A stretch of DNA of 64,000 nt from Escherichia phage ZCEC14. Location of the stretch: sequence record OP168898.1. The stretch is one strand, 5' to 3'. How positions within the stretch are numbered: position 1 is the stretch's first letter; every line of letters begins with the position of its first letter. This document shows positions 20,229 through 31,275 of this stretch, piece after piece. The notes under the pieces were generated by a model. That model did not search any database, was not told the DNA's origin, and saw only the letters and a program-made list of their open reading frames with translations. Made by a program: the position numbers and the translations under genes.

Positions 20229-21646
20229 ATGGCTTTTACAGTTGATATAACTCCTAAAACACCTACTGGAGTTATAGATCAGACTCAGCAGTTTACTGCT
20301 ACACCCAGTGGTGAAACTGGAGGCGGAACTATTACCTATGCTTGGAGCGTAGATAATGCTCCCCAAGAAGGATCAGCAGCAACTTTTGATTATGTATTAA
20401 AAGGACCTGCTGGTCAAAAAACTATTAAGGTAGTTGCAACAAATACTATTCCTGATTCTGAAGCTGAAACAGCTGAAATTAGTACAACTATCACAGTTCA
20501 AAATAAGACACAAACGACTACCTTAGCCGTAACTCCTAATAGTCCTCCGGAAGGAGTAATCGGAACAGCTATTGAATTTACTGCCGCTTTAGCTTCGCAG
20601 CCACCAGGTGCATCTGCTACGTATCAATGGTACGTTGACGGTTCTCCTGTGGGCGAAGCAACTTCTGCTACATTCAATTACACTCCTGCCGAAAGCGGGG
20701 TAAAAAGAATTAAGTGTGTGGCTCAAGTAACCGCAACAGATTATGATGCAAAAGAAGTTACTTCTAATGAAGTGTCACTGACTGTTAATAAAAAGACACA
20801 GACAACTACTTTGGCAGTAACTCCTGATAGTCCTTCAGCTGGAGTAATTGGAACCCAGTTCAATTTACTGCTGCCTTAGCTTCTCAACCAGTTGGAGCGT
20901 CTGCTACGTATCAGTGGTATGTAGATGATTCACAAGTTGGTGGAGAAACTAACTCTACATTTAACTATACTCCAACTACAAGTGGAGTAAAAAGAATTAA
21001 ATGCGTAGCCCAAGTAACTGCTGAAAATTACAATGAAAAGGAAGTTACTTCGAATGAAGTATCATTAACGGTTAATAAGAAGTCAATGAATCCACAGGTT
21101 ACATTGACTCCTCCTTCTATTAACGTGCAGCAAGATGCTTCGGCTACATTTACAGCTAATGTTACTGGTGCACCAGAAGAAGCACAAATTACTTATTCAT
21201 GGAAGAAAGATTCTTCTCCTGTAGAAGGGTCAACTAACGTATATACTGTTGATACCTCATCTATTGGAAGTCAAACTATTGAAGTTACTGCAACTGTTAC
21301 TGCGGCTGATTATGATAGCAAAACTATTATAGCAGAAGGTCAAGTTCAGGTAACTGATAAAGTTGCTCCGGAACCAGAAGGTGAATTACCTTATGTTCAT
21401 CCTCTTCCACACCGTAGCTCAGCTTACATCTGGTGTGGTTGGTGGGTTATGGATGAAATCCAAAAAATGACTGAAGAAGGTAAAGATTGGAAAACTGAAG
21501 ATCCAGATAGTAAATACTACCTGCATCGTTACACTCTTCAGAAGATGATGCAAGATTATCCAGAAGTTGATGTTCAAGAATCACGTAATGGATACATCAT
21601 TCATAAAACTGCTTTAGAAACTGGTATCATCTATACCTATCCATAA
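20229..21646 (+). CDS. hoc: Hoc-like outer capsid decoration protein with an extra Ig-like repeat; reading frame interrupted at a C-run (20854-20856), giving track ORFs 20229..20879 and 21086..21646
   Basis: N-terminus close to T4 Hoc as recalled; 3 Ig-like repeats plus C-terminal capsid-binding domain; +1 frame continues the repeat across the break. Confidence 0.75.
20503..21083 (+). repeat. Tandem direct repeat of about 290 bp (two diverged copies), each encoding one Ig-like domain of Hoc
   Basis: Copies begin aataagacacaaacgactacc / aaaaagacacagacaactact and end gttaataaaaag / gttaataagaag. Confidence 0.75.
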
Positions 21647-21650
21647 TCAT

Positions 21651-21678
21651 AAGGGGCTTCGGCCCCTTTCTTCATTTT
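21651..21678 (+). terminator. ggggc-ttcg-gcccc hairpin followed by T-rich tract
   Basis: Directly after hoc stop. Confidence 0.55.
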
Positions 21679-21735
21679 GAAAGCACGCAAAACACAATCA
21701 GAAAATGATGTATATAATGGCACCAACTCGATAAC

Positions 21736-21951
21736 ATGAGATTGATTATGAGAACTGAGGTTGTGGTGTTTACTCTTCATGAGTCTGGAAAGTCATTCAT
21801 TGAAATTGCTCGTGAATTAAATTTACAGGCGAAAGAAGTGGCTGTATTATGGGCTCGAGCTATGACTGCTAAGAATAAATTTGAGACTCGAGAAAAAATT
21901 GTCTATAGAAAAAGACATATTAATAAAAAGGTGAAAAATGGAACAGTATGA
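21736..21951 (+). CDS. Small putative HTH DNA-binding protein (71 aa)
   Basis: Segment SGKSFIEIARELNLQAKEVAVLW resembles a helix-turn-helix; basic C-terminus. Confidence 0.45.
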   Translation: MRLIMRTEVVVFTLHESGKSFIEIARELNLQAKEVAVLWARAMTAKNKFETREKIVYRKRHINKKVKNGTV

Positions 21952-22216
21952 TCTTTATGAAAACGAATCTTTTGCCAATCAATTACGCGAAAAAGCACTA
22001 AAAAGTAAACAGTTTAAACTAGAGTGTTTTATTAAAGATTTTTCAGAACTTGCTAATAAAGCAGCTGAACAAGGTAAAACATATTTTAGTTATTATTGTA
22101 CTGCTCGTGATAAATTGATTACTGAAGAAATTGGTGATTGGCTGAGAAAAGAAGGATTTAGCTTTAAAGTCAATAGTGACCAGCGTGATGGTGATTGGTT
22201 AGAAATTACATTTTGA
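21938..22216 (+). CDS. Hypothetical protein (92 aa)
   Basis: ORF overlapping upstream stop. Confidence 0.5.
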   Translation: MEQYDLYENESFANQLREKALKSKQFKLECFIKDFSELANKAAEQGKTYFSYYCTARDKLITEEIGDWLRKEGFSFKVNSDQRDGDWLEITF

Positions 22217-22225
22217 GGATTAATT

Positions 22226-23230
22226 ATGTTTAAAAAGTATAGCAGTCTTGAAAATCATTACAACTCTAAATTTATTGAAAAACTTTATAGCTTGGGATTG
22301 ACTGGTGGGGAGTGGGTAGCTCGTGAAAAGATTCACGGCACAAATTTCTCGTTGATTATTGAGCGTGATAAAGTGACTTGCGCTAAACGTACTGGACCGA
22401 TTCTTCCTGCTGAAGATTTCTTTGGGTATGAAATTATTCTAAAGAATTACGCTGATTCCATTAAAGCAGTACAAGATATTATGGAAACTTCAGCAGTTGT
22501 ATCTTATCAAGTCTTTGGTGAATTCGCCGGACCTGGCATTCAGAAGAATGTTGATTATGGCGATAAAGATTTTTATGTATTTGACATTATTGTTACTACA
22601 GAAAGTGGTGATGTGACTTATGTTGATGATTATATGATGGAATCATTCTGTAATACATTTAAATTTAAAATGGCTCCACTTTTAGGTCGCGGTAAATTTG
22701 AAGAGCTTATTAAATTGCCAAACGATTTAGATTCTGTCGTCCAGGATTATAATTTTACGGTAGACCATGCTGGATTAGTTGATGCAAATAAATGCGTTTG
22801 GAATGCTGAAGCAAAAGGCGAAGTATTTACCGCTGAAGGATATGTATTGAAACCTTGCTATCCTTCTTGGATGCCTAATGGCAATCGTGTAGCTATCAAA
22901 TGCAAGAACTCTAAATTTAGTGAAAAGAAAAAGTCTGATAAGCCTATTAAAGCTAAAGTTGAACTGTCAGAAGCTGATAACAAATTGGTGGGAATTTTAG
23001 CTTGTTACGTTACACTGAACCGAGTAAATAACGTTATTTCTAAAATTGGCGAAATTGGTCCAAAGGATTTTGGAAAGGTGATGGGACTAACTGTTCAAGA
23101 TATTTTAGAAGAAACTTCTCGTGAAGGTATTACTCTAACTCAAGCAGATAATCCTTCTTTGATTAAAAAGGAATTAGTTAAAATGGTGCAAGATGTACTT
23201 CGTCCAGCTTGGATTGAGTTGGTGAGCTAA
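22226..23230 (+). CDS. rnlB: RNA ligase 2 (Rnl2-like, 334 aa)
   Basis: Nucleotidyltransferase motif KIHGTN near N-terminus; length equals T4 Rnl2. Confidence 0.85.
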   Translation: MFKKYSSLENHYNSKFIEKLYSLGLTGGEWVAREKIHGTNFSLIIERDKVTCAKRTGPILPAEDFFGYEIILKNYADSIKAVQDIMETSAVVSYQVFGEFAGPGIQKNVDYGDKDFYVFDIIVTTESGDVTYVDDYMMESFCNTFKFKMAPLLGRGKFEELIKLPNDLDSVVQDYNFTVDHAGLVDANKCVWNAEAKGEVFTAEGYVLKPCYPSWMPNGNRVAIKCKNSKFSEKKKSDKPIKAKVELSEADNKLVGILACYVTLNRVNNVISKIGEIGPKDFGKVMGLTVQDILEETSREGITLTQADNPSLIKKELVKMVQDVLRPAWIELVS

Positions 23231-23235
23231 ATAAA

Positions 23236-23260
23236 AAGGGACCTTTCGGTCCCTTTGTTT
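23236..23260. terminator. Bidirectional hairpin gggacc-tttc-ggtccc with flanking T/A runs
   Basis: Between convergent rnlB and gene 24. Confidence 0.6.
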
Positions 23261-24543
23261 TATTCATCAATAATAATTTTTGGTAATTTAACACCTAATA
23301 AAACAGACAAATCTGAACGACCCGCCATTTTATCCATGTCTCCACCATCAATTATTCTTGCTTCTTTTTCATCTTTTGCTACGGTATAAGGATTTGCTGA
23401 TAAAGCATATCTAACTAATAAACCGATAGATGGTTGTAAGCTTTCTGGATCAACTACAACTTTAAATGCACCTACATGTTCAGGGTCATCTAAGTCAAGA
23501 CCTTCTGTATACGGAGCATAGAAAATTGATCCAACAATTTCTTTTTCGCCAATATTTTCTACCACACCAACGATTACATAATCTAATGGGCTGTTAGTAT
23601 CGCAATAAAGCGGTAAACCATTAGCTAAGAACCCATAGGCATTTTGTGAAAGATATTTATCATCTTCTGGTTTATGTTTTAACCAACCTGATGCAGCAAG
23701 AATCGCGGCGGCACGAGCTGAAGCAACACAGAACGTTGCTGTATAAGTTGATTCTTTTTGGATATGCGAAACCATTTCACACACCATTCGATATAATGAA
23801 CGACCAGCTTCAGGGGCAGATGCATAACTCAAATCAATGAATCCAGTATCAGTAATTCCTGTAACTTTATAGCGTTTTGACACTGTAATCAAAGACTGCA
23901 GAATATCTTTATTGATTTCATCTGCCATTTCAGTTGCAAGCAAATCTTCCAAGAAATTAGGAGCATCGAATCCATTTGCTTCTAAATCTTGTGCTAATTC
24001 GACTGTGATGCCAGTTTTAAGTTTACGAGATTTAACTGCGGTTTGCCATTTATTAATCTGGAATCTAGCATCCGCAATTTCACTATCAGAGCTTTCAAAT
24101 TTGCTTGTTACTGCAGCATCAGAAAATAGACGAACTTTTAAAAGAACAATTGCAATCTGAAGAGCTAATTCTAAATCGCTTTCTTCAATATCAGCAAATG
24201 GTGTATCTTCTAATACTTTATAAACGATATTATTATATTTGAATAAATCGCCTTTATTGAGAGTTAATTTAGACTCTTCTGTTAATTCTGTGATTTGTTC
24301 TCGGTCTACATATCCAGCTTCGCCAGCATAAGTAGCACCAGTTTTAAATGTAAATTCGTTGTCTGGGTTAAGGTATTTGATACCATAAAAAGCAGCAACA
24401 GGTTGATTAGTTCTTTGCGTTGCTACAATGTCAGAATATATTAATTTAGTGGTAGCGCGAGTCAAAGCAACGAGATTTGGGCGACCGATTGAGTTGCTAT
24501 TCGTTGTGGTTGATTCGCGCAGAAGTTCGTTGATTTTAGCCAT
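23260..24543 (-). CDS. 24: Capsid vertex protein gp24-like (427 aa)
   Basis: Length and synteny next to gene 23. Confidence 0.9.
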   Translation of the reverse strand: MAKINELLRESTTTNSNSIGRPNLVALTRATTKLIYSDIVATQRTNQPVAAFYGIKYLNPDNEFTFKTGATYAGEAGYVDREQITELTEESKLTLNKGDLFKYNNIVYKVLEDTPFADIEESDLELALQIAIVLLKVRLFSDAAVTSKFESSDSEIADARFQINKWQTAVKSRKLKTGITVELAQDLEANGFDAPNFLEDLLATEMADEINKDILQSLITVSKRYKVTGITDTGFIDLSYASAPEAGRSLYRMVCEMVSHIQKESTYTATFCVASARAAAILAASGWLKHKPEDDKYLSQNAYGFLANGLPLYCDTNSPLDYVIVGVVENIGEKEIVGSIFYAPYTEGLDLDDPEHVGAFKVVVDPESLQPSIGLLVRYALSANPYTVAKDEKEARIIDGGDMDKMAGRSDLSVLLGVKLPKIIIDE

Positions 24544-24570
24544 TGCGCTTTCCTTTTGGTTTATATGATT

Positions 24571-24578
24571 TATTTATA
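24571..24578 (-). promoter_or_regulatory. Late promoter TATAAATA (minus) upstream of gene 24
   Basis: tatttata on + strand 28 nt upstream of start. Confidence 0.5.
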
Positions 24579-24593
24579 CCATAAAAACAACTA

Positions 24594-24613
24594 AAGGGAC
24601 CCGAAGGTCCCTT
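24594..24613 (-). terminator. Hairpin gggacc-cgaa-ggtccc downstream of gene 23
   Basis: Perfect inverted repeat after gene 23 stop. Confidence 0.55.
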
Positions 24614-24626
24614 AAATCGTCAAAGA

Positions 24627-26192
24627 TTAGATACCTTTAACATATACACGGCGGAAGTAAGCGTTTTTACCAAGGCTATTCAGAATAGAAGGCATACCGC
24701 TCTGGATGCGAGAAGCCGGAGCCTGAGCAGCGGATTCTGCAAATGGGTTGATACCGATACCGTAACGAGTTTTGAATCCCATTACCGGTTGGAAGTTCTT
24801 CGGATCGGAACCACGCAGCGGAGTCAGAGCTACATATGGAGCATAGTAAATACCAGCATCCATTTCATTCGGACCTTTATAACCTACAGTGAAATAATCC
24901 TGTTTAGCATACTGGTCGATATATACACGGTATTTACCACCCAGAACACCAGCAAATACTGACTTGGTAGTATCAGTGTTAAAGCCAGTAGCCAGACCCT
25001 GTGCAGCATAAGAAATGCCAGTATCAACTGAAGCCAGAACGTTAACTACGTTACGGGAAGCGATAATGAAGTTACCTTCGCCACGACCGGTCTGACGAGC
25101 AATTTCAACTGCTTCTTTGTCAATCTGGAACAACAGAGCTTTAAAGGATTCACCTGCCCAGCGAGCACCACGAATATCGATTGGGTCCTGGAAGTCAAAT
25201 ACACCAGCTTTAGAACCCGGAGTCAGGGTCATACCAGATTTACCAACCTGAGCTGAGTAGTTAATCCAATCAACAACTTCACGGTTGATTTCCAGCATAA
25301 TTTCTGTAGCCAGAATACCAGACAGTTCAGCATCAGCATCCATACCGTGAACAGCGCGGAGGTCTTGTGCTAATTCGATAGAGTAAGCAGCTTTCAGCTG
25401 GCGAGATTTAGCTTCGATAACTTGTTTATCGATACGGAAGCCCATTTCATTCCATGGGTTATCGGTAGAACCATTGAAACCTTCCTGGAGTTCAGCGATA
25501 GAAGTAGCCATACCTTCAGCGATTTCTACTAGTGCACCAGCTTCCATTTGTTTCTTAACTTCGGCATCTAATTTAGCAGCATCAGTCGCGCTAGAACCAA
25601 GTGTTACGACAGCAGAAGCTTGCAGATATACGGTACCAGTTTCCTGGAAGAAGTGAGAATAAATGTCACCTACTACTGTAGTGGTATTAGCAGCCAGAGC
25701 TGGGAATTTCTTAGCAGCACCCTGACCAGAGAACATTGCATCTGGACCATACATTGGGTGGAATGCTTCTTTAGCACCGGCAGCCACCGGATCTTTACCA
25801 TATACTGCACGCAGTGCGAATACCTGGCCAGTCGGGCTGTTCATCGGCTGAACACCGCAAATATCGAAAGCAATCAGGTTAGGAATAGCACGACGTACCA
25901 TACCCATAACAGCTGGGCCAATCTGAGTTACTGCGCCAGAAGTCTGACCTGCAGCGATGTTGGTAGCATTGTAACCGTGGTCACCGCCGATTTCAGCTTC
26001 TGTTAAGAAAGAACCGAATGCCTGAGCAATTTTTTCGTCTTTATATTCCGGAGCTGTCTGGAAATCTTTTTCCTGGTTTTCAAAGATTTTAGCGATAATC
26101 GCTTGTTTGCTATTAGCAATTTCCGGTAAACCTTCACCTTCCAGTAATGGCTTCCATTTGTTCAAAAGTTCAGCTTTAGTTTTGATAGTCAT
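24627..26192 (-). CDS. 23: Major capsid protein gp23 (521 aa)
   Basis: N-terminus MTIKTKAELLNKWKPLLEGEG... matches T4 gp23 as recalled. Confidence 0.95.
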   Translation of the reverse strand: MTIKTKAELLNKWKPLLEGEGLPEIANSKQAIIAKIFENQEKDFQTAPEYKDEKIAQAFGSFLTEAEIGGDHGYNATNIAAGQTSGAVTQIGPAVMGMVRRAIPNLIAFDICGVQPMNSPTGQVFALRAVYGKDPVAAGAKEAFHPMYGPDAMFSGQGAAKKFPALAANTTTVVGDIYSHFFQETGTVYLQASAVVTLGSSATDAAKLDAEVKKQMEAGALVEIAEGMATSIAELQEGFNGSTDNPWNEMGFRIDKQVIEAKSRQLKAAYSIELAQDLRAVHGMDADAELSGILATEIMLEINREVVDWINYSAQVGKSGMTLTPGSKAGVFDFQDPIDIRGARWAGESFKALLFQIDKEAVEIARQTGRGEGNFIIASRNVVNVLASVDTGISYAAQGLATGFNTDTTKSVFAGVLGGKYRVYIDQYAKQDYFTVGYKGPNEMDAGIYYAPYVALTPLRGSDPKNFQPVMGFKTRYGIGINPFAESAAQAPASRIQSGMPSILNSLGKNAYFRRVYVKGI

Positions 26193-26210
26193 TTGTGTTA
26201 ACCTTTAAAA

Positions 26211-27020
26211 TTAGAAACGAGATGCGACTTTCGCATATACACTTACAATATCTTCTGCACCCTGTGCAGCTTTATCTTCTACAGCTTCAGTGACGAAATT
26301 CAGTCCGGCTGCTTCAGTATCAGGAGTATTTATACCCTCAGTAATAGTGCTTTCATCTTTATTAGACTTCTTCACCATTTCTACGATGGCACTCAATTTA
26401 CTTGAGAATTCATCTGAATAATCCATACCTTCGACCAGAGCAGAGACTTTTTCTTTTTGAGACTCAGTCAGATCTTTAGTACTTTCGCTCAATGCCACTT
26501 CACGCTGCACATAATTGATATATGCGTCGCGCATATTGAGTTCTTCGAACAGACGAGCTGATTCTTCTTTATGTTCTTGCAGCTCTTCTTCCATTTCAGC
26601 TACAACATCAACTGATTCTTCTGGAACAACAACGTTGTGTTCAACAAAGAGCTCTTTTAATCCACCAAGCATGGATTCAAACAGTTCGGCTTTGATACCT
26701 TTATCAACTGCTAATTTATTTTCAGCTAGCCATTCTTTCGCAAGATGGTCAATGAATTTAGAAGCTTGCTCAGCGATTTTCTTCTCAGCTTTTTCTTCGG
26801 CTTCTTCTTTATTTTTTTCTACTTCTTCTTCTGCTTTTTCAGCAATTTTAGCGATATGAGATTCAGCTAATTTAACGGCGTGCTGCTTGACGGTAGCTTC
26901 GAATACAGTGCCGAAAGTTTCTTTTGCTTCCGGAGAAATATTAACTGATTCGAAAATACTATCAAGAGCAACGGAAGCATCAATTTTCTGCGCTTCGGCA
27001 ATCAGTTGTTCTTTAAGCAT
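26211..27020 (-). CDS. 22: Prohead core scaffold protein gp22-like (269 aa)
   Basis: Acidic coiled-coil protein, synteny and length. Confidence 0.9.
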   Translation of the reverse strand: MLKEQLIAEAQKIDASVALDSIFESVNISPEAKETFGTVFEATVKQHAVKLAESHIAKIAEKAEEEVEKNKEEAEEKAEKKIAEQASKFIDHLAKEWLAENKLAVDKGIKAELFESMLGGLKELFVEHNVVVPEESVDVVAEMEEELQEHKEESARLFEELNMRDAYINYVQREVALSESTKDLTESQKEKVSALVEGMDYSDEFSSKLSAIVEMVKKSNKDESTITEGINTPDTEAAGLNFVTEAVEDKAAQGAEDIVSVYAKVASRF

Positions 27021-27047
27021 TTTGTAGTCCTGTTGTTTAGATAATAA

Positions 27048-27055
27048 TATTTATA
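27048..27055 (-). promoter_or_regulatory. Late promoter TATAAATA (minus) upstream of gene 22
   Basis: tatttata on + strand. Confidence 0.45.
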
Positions 27056-27689
27056 ACGCTTTTTTCATGGCCTCTGCGAGAGCCATATAGGCGTCATCGG
27101 CACTTGTATCGGCTTCCGCCGTCTGTGATTCGGTAATTTCCTTAGGAGTTACCCATGCATCTGGAGCACTTGGACCCCATACTGCATCAACACCTACAGT
27201 TAATTTGAATCCTTCGTTTACGATACGATAACCTTTATTTGTGTCAGTCAATGAACCTAATCCACGAGAAGAAACTCCTGGAATCCATCCGGCACGAATA
27301 TTAGCTGCTAATTTATCTCCAGGACCATGGTCACCTTCAATAACACGAGCTCGTCCGTATACGTCATTTCCTTTCCACCACATATCTTCTATAATGATAG
27401 CGGCTTGCATTGGGTCAACATTAGCGCGTGGAGGATGATTTAATTCTCCGAGAGCTTGTTTAGTTAAAACTTGCTCATTAATATAGTCTTTTACCGCTTT
27501 TTCTAATATACGTTTTGGATAAAGACGTTTATTTCTATTGACGACTTCCGCTTGCATGAATATTCCTTCGATGTATAAACCCGGTTTTAAACCTAAGTCT
27601 TTTCCATCATGGGATTCAAGCATTGGCACGCCATCAATAATTTCGCCAGGTTGACCCCAAGTTTCAATTAGTAATTGGGGTTCATTCAT
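27051..27689 (-). CDS. 21: Prohead protease gp21-like (212 aa)
   Basis: Synteny and length. Confidence 0.9.
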   Translation of the reverse strand: MNEPQLLIETWGQPGEIIDGVPMLESHDGKDLGLKPGLYIEGIFMQAEVVNRNKRLYPKRILEKAVKDYINEQVLTKQALGELNHPPRANVDPMQAAIIIEDMWWKGNDVYGRARVIEGDHGPGDKLAANIRAGWIPGVSSRGLGSLTDTNKGYRIVNEGFKLTVGVDAVWGPSAPDAWVTPKEITESQTAEADTSADDAYMALAEAMKKAL

Positions 27690-28114
27690 TAGCTTAATCC
27701 TAATGCTTTACGGCGTTTAAGAGCTTTTTTACGCTTACGCTGAGCACGAGATTGACCTGCTGGATTGGCAATCTTCGTTTTGGTAGCTTTACGAGCAATT
27801 TGTCTACGTTTTGCTTTAGAAAGCCCAGTGGTTTGAAATGCATTACGTTCACGCGTTTTGCGGTCTTTAGTACGAGTAATTTCACCACGGGCGGAAACAT
27901 GTTTAACGATGAATTCATTTAACGGCATATTTTCATTAATAGAAGCTAATGCAACCGCTAAATCAGTTTCATTATCAAGCATATTCTCGACAATTGTATT
28001 TATATCGTCTTTATTTAAAGCAGAAGACAATTCGTCAAAGCGACCCTGTGCTTCAGGAATAAGTGCTTCGACATTCTCGAGAACTAATTCATGAGTTTCA
28101 GGGATCAGAAGCAT
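27689..28114 (-). CDS. 68: Prohead core protein gp68-like (141 aa)
   Basis: Synteny and length. Confidence 0.8.
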   Translation of the reverse strand: MLLIPETHELVLENVEALIPEAQGRFDELSSALNKDDINTIVENMLDNETDLAVALASINENMPLNEFIVKHVSARGEITRTKDRKTRERNAFQTTGLSKAKRRQIARKATKTKIANPAGQSRAQRKRKKALKRRKALGLS

Positions 28115-28361
28115 TATTCATCATCCTCGTCTTCGTCATCTTCATCAGAGTCTTTGTCTTTTTTGTCGTCTTTATCATCACTATCTTCGTCTTCGTCATC
28201 ATCCTCGTCTTCAGGTTCTTCACCTTCGATTAAGAAATTACGAGCGATAGCGATTTTTTCTTCTTTAATTAAATCAATCGTTCTTGCAGCCATGGCTTCA
28301 GCAAATAATTTACGAGCGGCTACGAGGTCGTTTGATTTAATAGCTTCAATTAAACCTTCCA

Positions 28362-28362
<1 letters not shown>
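28114..28362 (-). CDS. 67: Prohead core protein gp67-like (82 aa) with poly-acidic C-terminus
   Basis: Synteny; Asp/Glu tract. Confidence 0.8.
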
Positions 28363-29987
<1,625 letters not shown>

Positions 29988-30019
29988 TTAAGCAGGATGG
30001 GGATTTCTCCCCATTCATT

Positions 30020-30511
30020 TTATTCCCAATAATCGAGAGCAAGAGTTACTTCAAAGGTTTGGATTTCATTGTTTGAATCCCAATCTAATTGAAGTTCACC
30101 CACGTTAGTAGGCCACAGACCTTTAATTTCAATTTCTTTTGTTACTGTTTTAGCGTCACGAGCATATTGACGAACGATAGCGCTCTTTTTATACTCTGCA
30201 GGTTTTCCACCAGTAATTTCGTTTCCTTGCCCCGCAGCAATGCTTTGCCAATCAACAAACTTCTGGCGAGCATCATGTGCCTCATCGTTCATTACTGTAA
30301 CAGTCCAGTCATCGAATGTACGATCGCCTGCTACGTTAATTTTACGATTCATAAATCCGACTGGAATTTTTTCTACAATACCAGCTGGTAGAGCAGTAGC
30401 TTTACATTGGAATGTAAAATTTTGTCCAAGATAAGAAATTTCTACTTGGAATAAGTTAGGTCGAGCAAAATCACCAGATTCAAACGCTCGTGTTACATCA
30501 TCTACAAACAT
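30020..30511 (-). CDS. 19: Tail tube protein gp19-like (163 aa)
   Basis: Length and synteny. Confidence 0.9.
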   Translation of the reverse strand: MFVDDVTRAFESGDFARPNLFQVEISYLGQNFTFQCKATALPAGIVEKIPVGFMNRKINVAGDRTFDDWTVTVMNDEAHDARQKFVDWQSIAAGQGNEITGGKPAEYKKSAIVRQYARDAKTVTKEIEIKGLWPTNVGELQLDWDSNNEIQTFEVTLALDYWE

Positions 30512-30525
30512 ATTAGCCTCTGTAG

Positions 30526-30533
30526 TATTTATA
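30526..30533 (-). promoter_or_regulatory. Late promoter TATAAATA (minus) upstream of gene 19
   Basis: tatttata on + strand 15 nt upstream of start. Confidence 0.5.
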
Positions 30534-30584
30534 TCCCTATGTTTAACCTAGGGCATATAGAATTAAAGAATTAAGGATATAGTG

Positions 30585-30592
30585 TATTTATA
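30585..30592 (-). promoter_or_regulatory. Second TATAAATA (minus) about 60 nt upstream of the first
   Basis: gtgtatttatatgg vs agtatttatatccc. Confidence 0.4.
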
Positions 30593-30593
30593 T

Positions 30594-30611
30594 GGCCTGC
30601 CGAAACAGGCC
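30594..30611 (-). terminator. Hairpin ggcctg-ccgaaa-caggcc downstream of HNH ORF
   Basis: Inverted repeat in sequence. Confidence 0.45.
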
Positions 30612-30618
30612 TTTAGAA

Positions 30619-31275
30619 TCATTCTAGTAAATCCCAAAGATCTACACTATTTCTTTTTGATTTTTCTCGGTTAGATTCCCAAGTGATTATTTCTAAATTA
30701 TTAATACCGCCAATTATTTCAGCAGGAATTAAATTATCAAAACCGTATTTGATAGATACCTTATGATCAAGTTGGTAAGCACCTTTTGTACCGCACACTC
30801 CTATTTTATCAGCATTTGGCCATTTTGACCAAATTTTCTTATGCTTACGAGTTTCTTTATATACCAATGAAATATATTCACGCATTTCAGATTTATTTGG
30901 GTTCCATCTTGGATGATTTACGCCATGCATACATTCTACTGTTTTTCCTTTATTCGCGGAACCATATGAATTATTGCGCATTTTATCTTTATGACGGCAA
31001 TCACGACAAATATCAGTGTTTCTTCCAATGCGTTGGTTATATTCAATTCCACATTTATCGCAACGGCATTTTACATACGCGGTACTACCTTTAATGTCTT
31101 CAACTTTAACATCAATTTCATAATACCTAAATCCATGTTTAACCGCTCCAAGAGGTGTTAATTTATAACCCTTTGATTGATAATGTTTAAAATTTGATGG
31201 TACAATTTTCACTTTAACAAACTTAGAAATAATCACTTGTTTCCTCGAGAATAGGGGCCGAAGCCCCATAATCAA
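30619..31275 (-). mobile_element. Free-standing HNH-family homing-endonuclease-like gene (218 aa) inserted between genes 18 and 19
   Basis: Cys cluster CRCDKCG...CRDCRH, HGVNHPRWNPN and LDHKVSIKYG...NLEIITWESNREK (HNH-like His/Asn); no gene at this position in T4 as I recall. Confidence 0.65.

Noticed and set aside
25474-26006. + strand ORFs inside gene 23
   Set aside because: Antisense to the major capsid protein gene, whose identity is secure; no expression signals.
26515-26859. Ser/Ala-rich + strand ORF in gene 22
   Set aside because: Antisense of the acidic, low-complexity scaffold gene.
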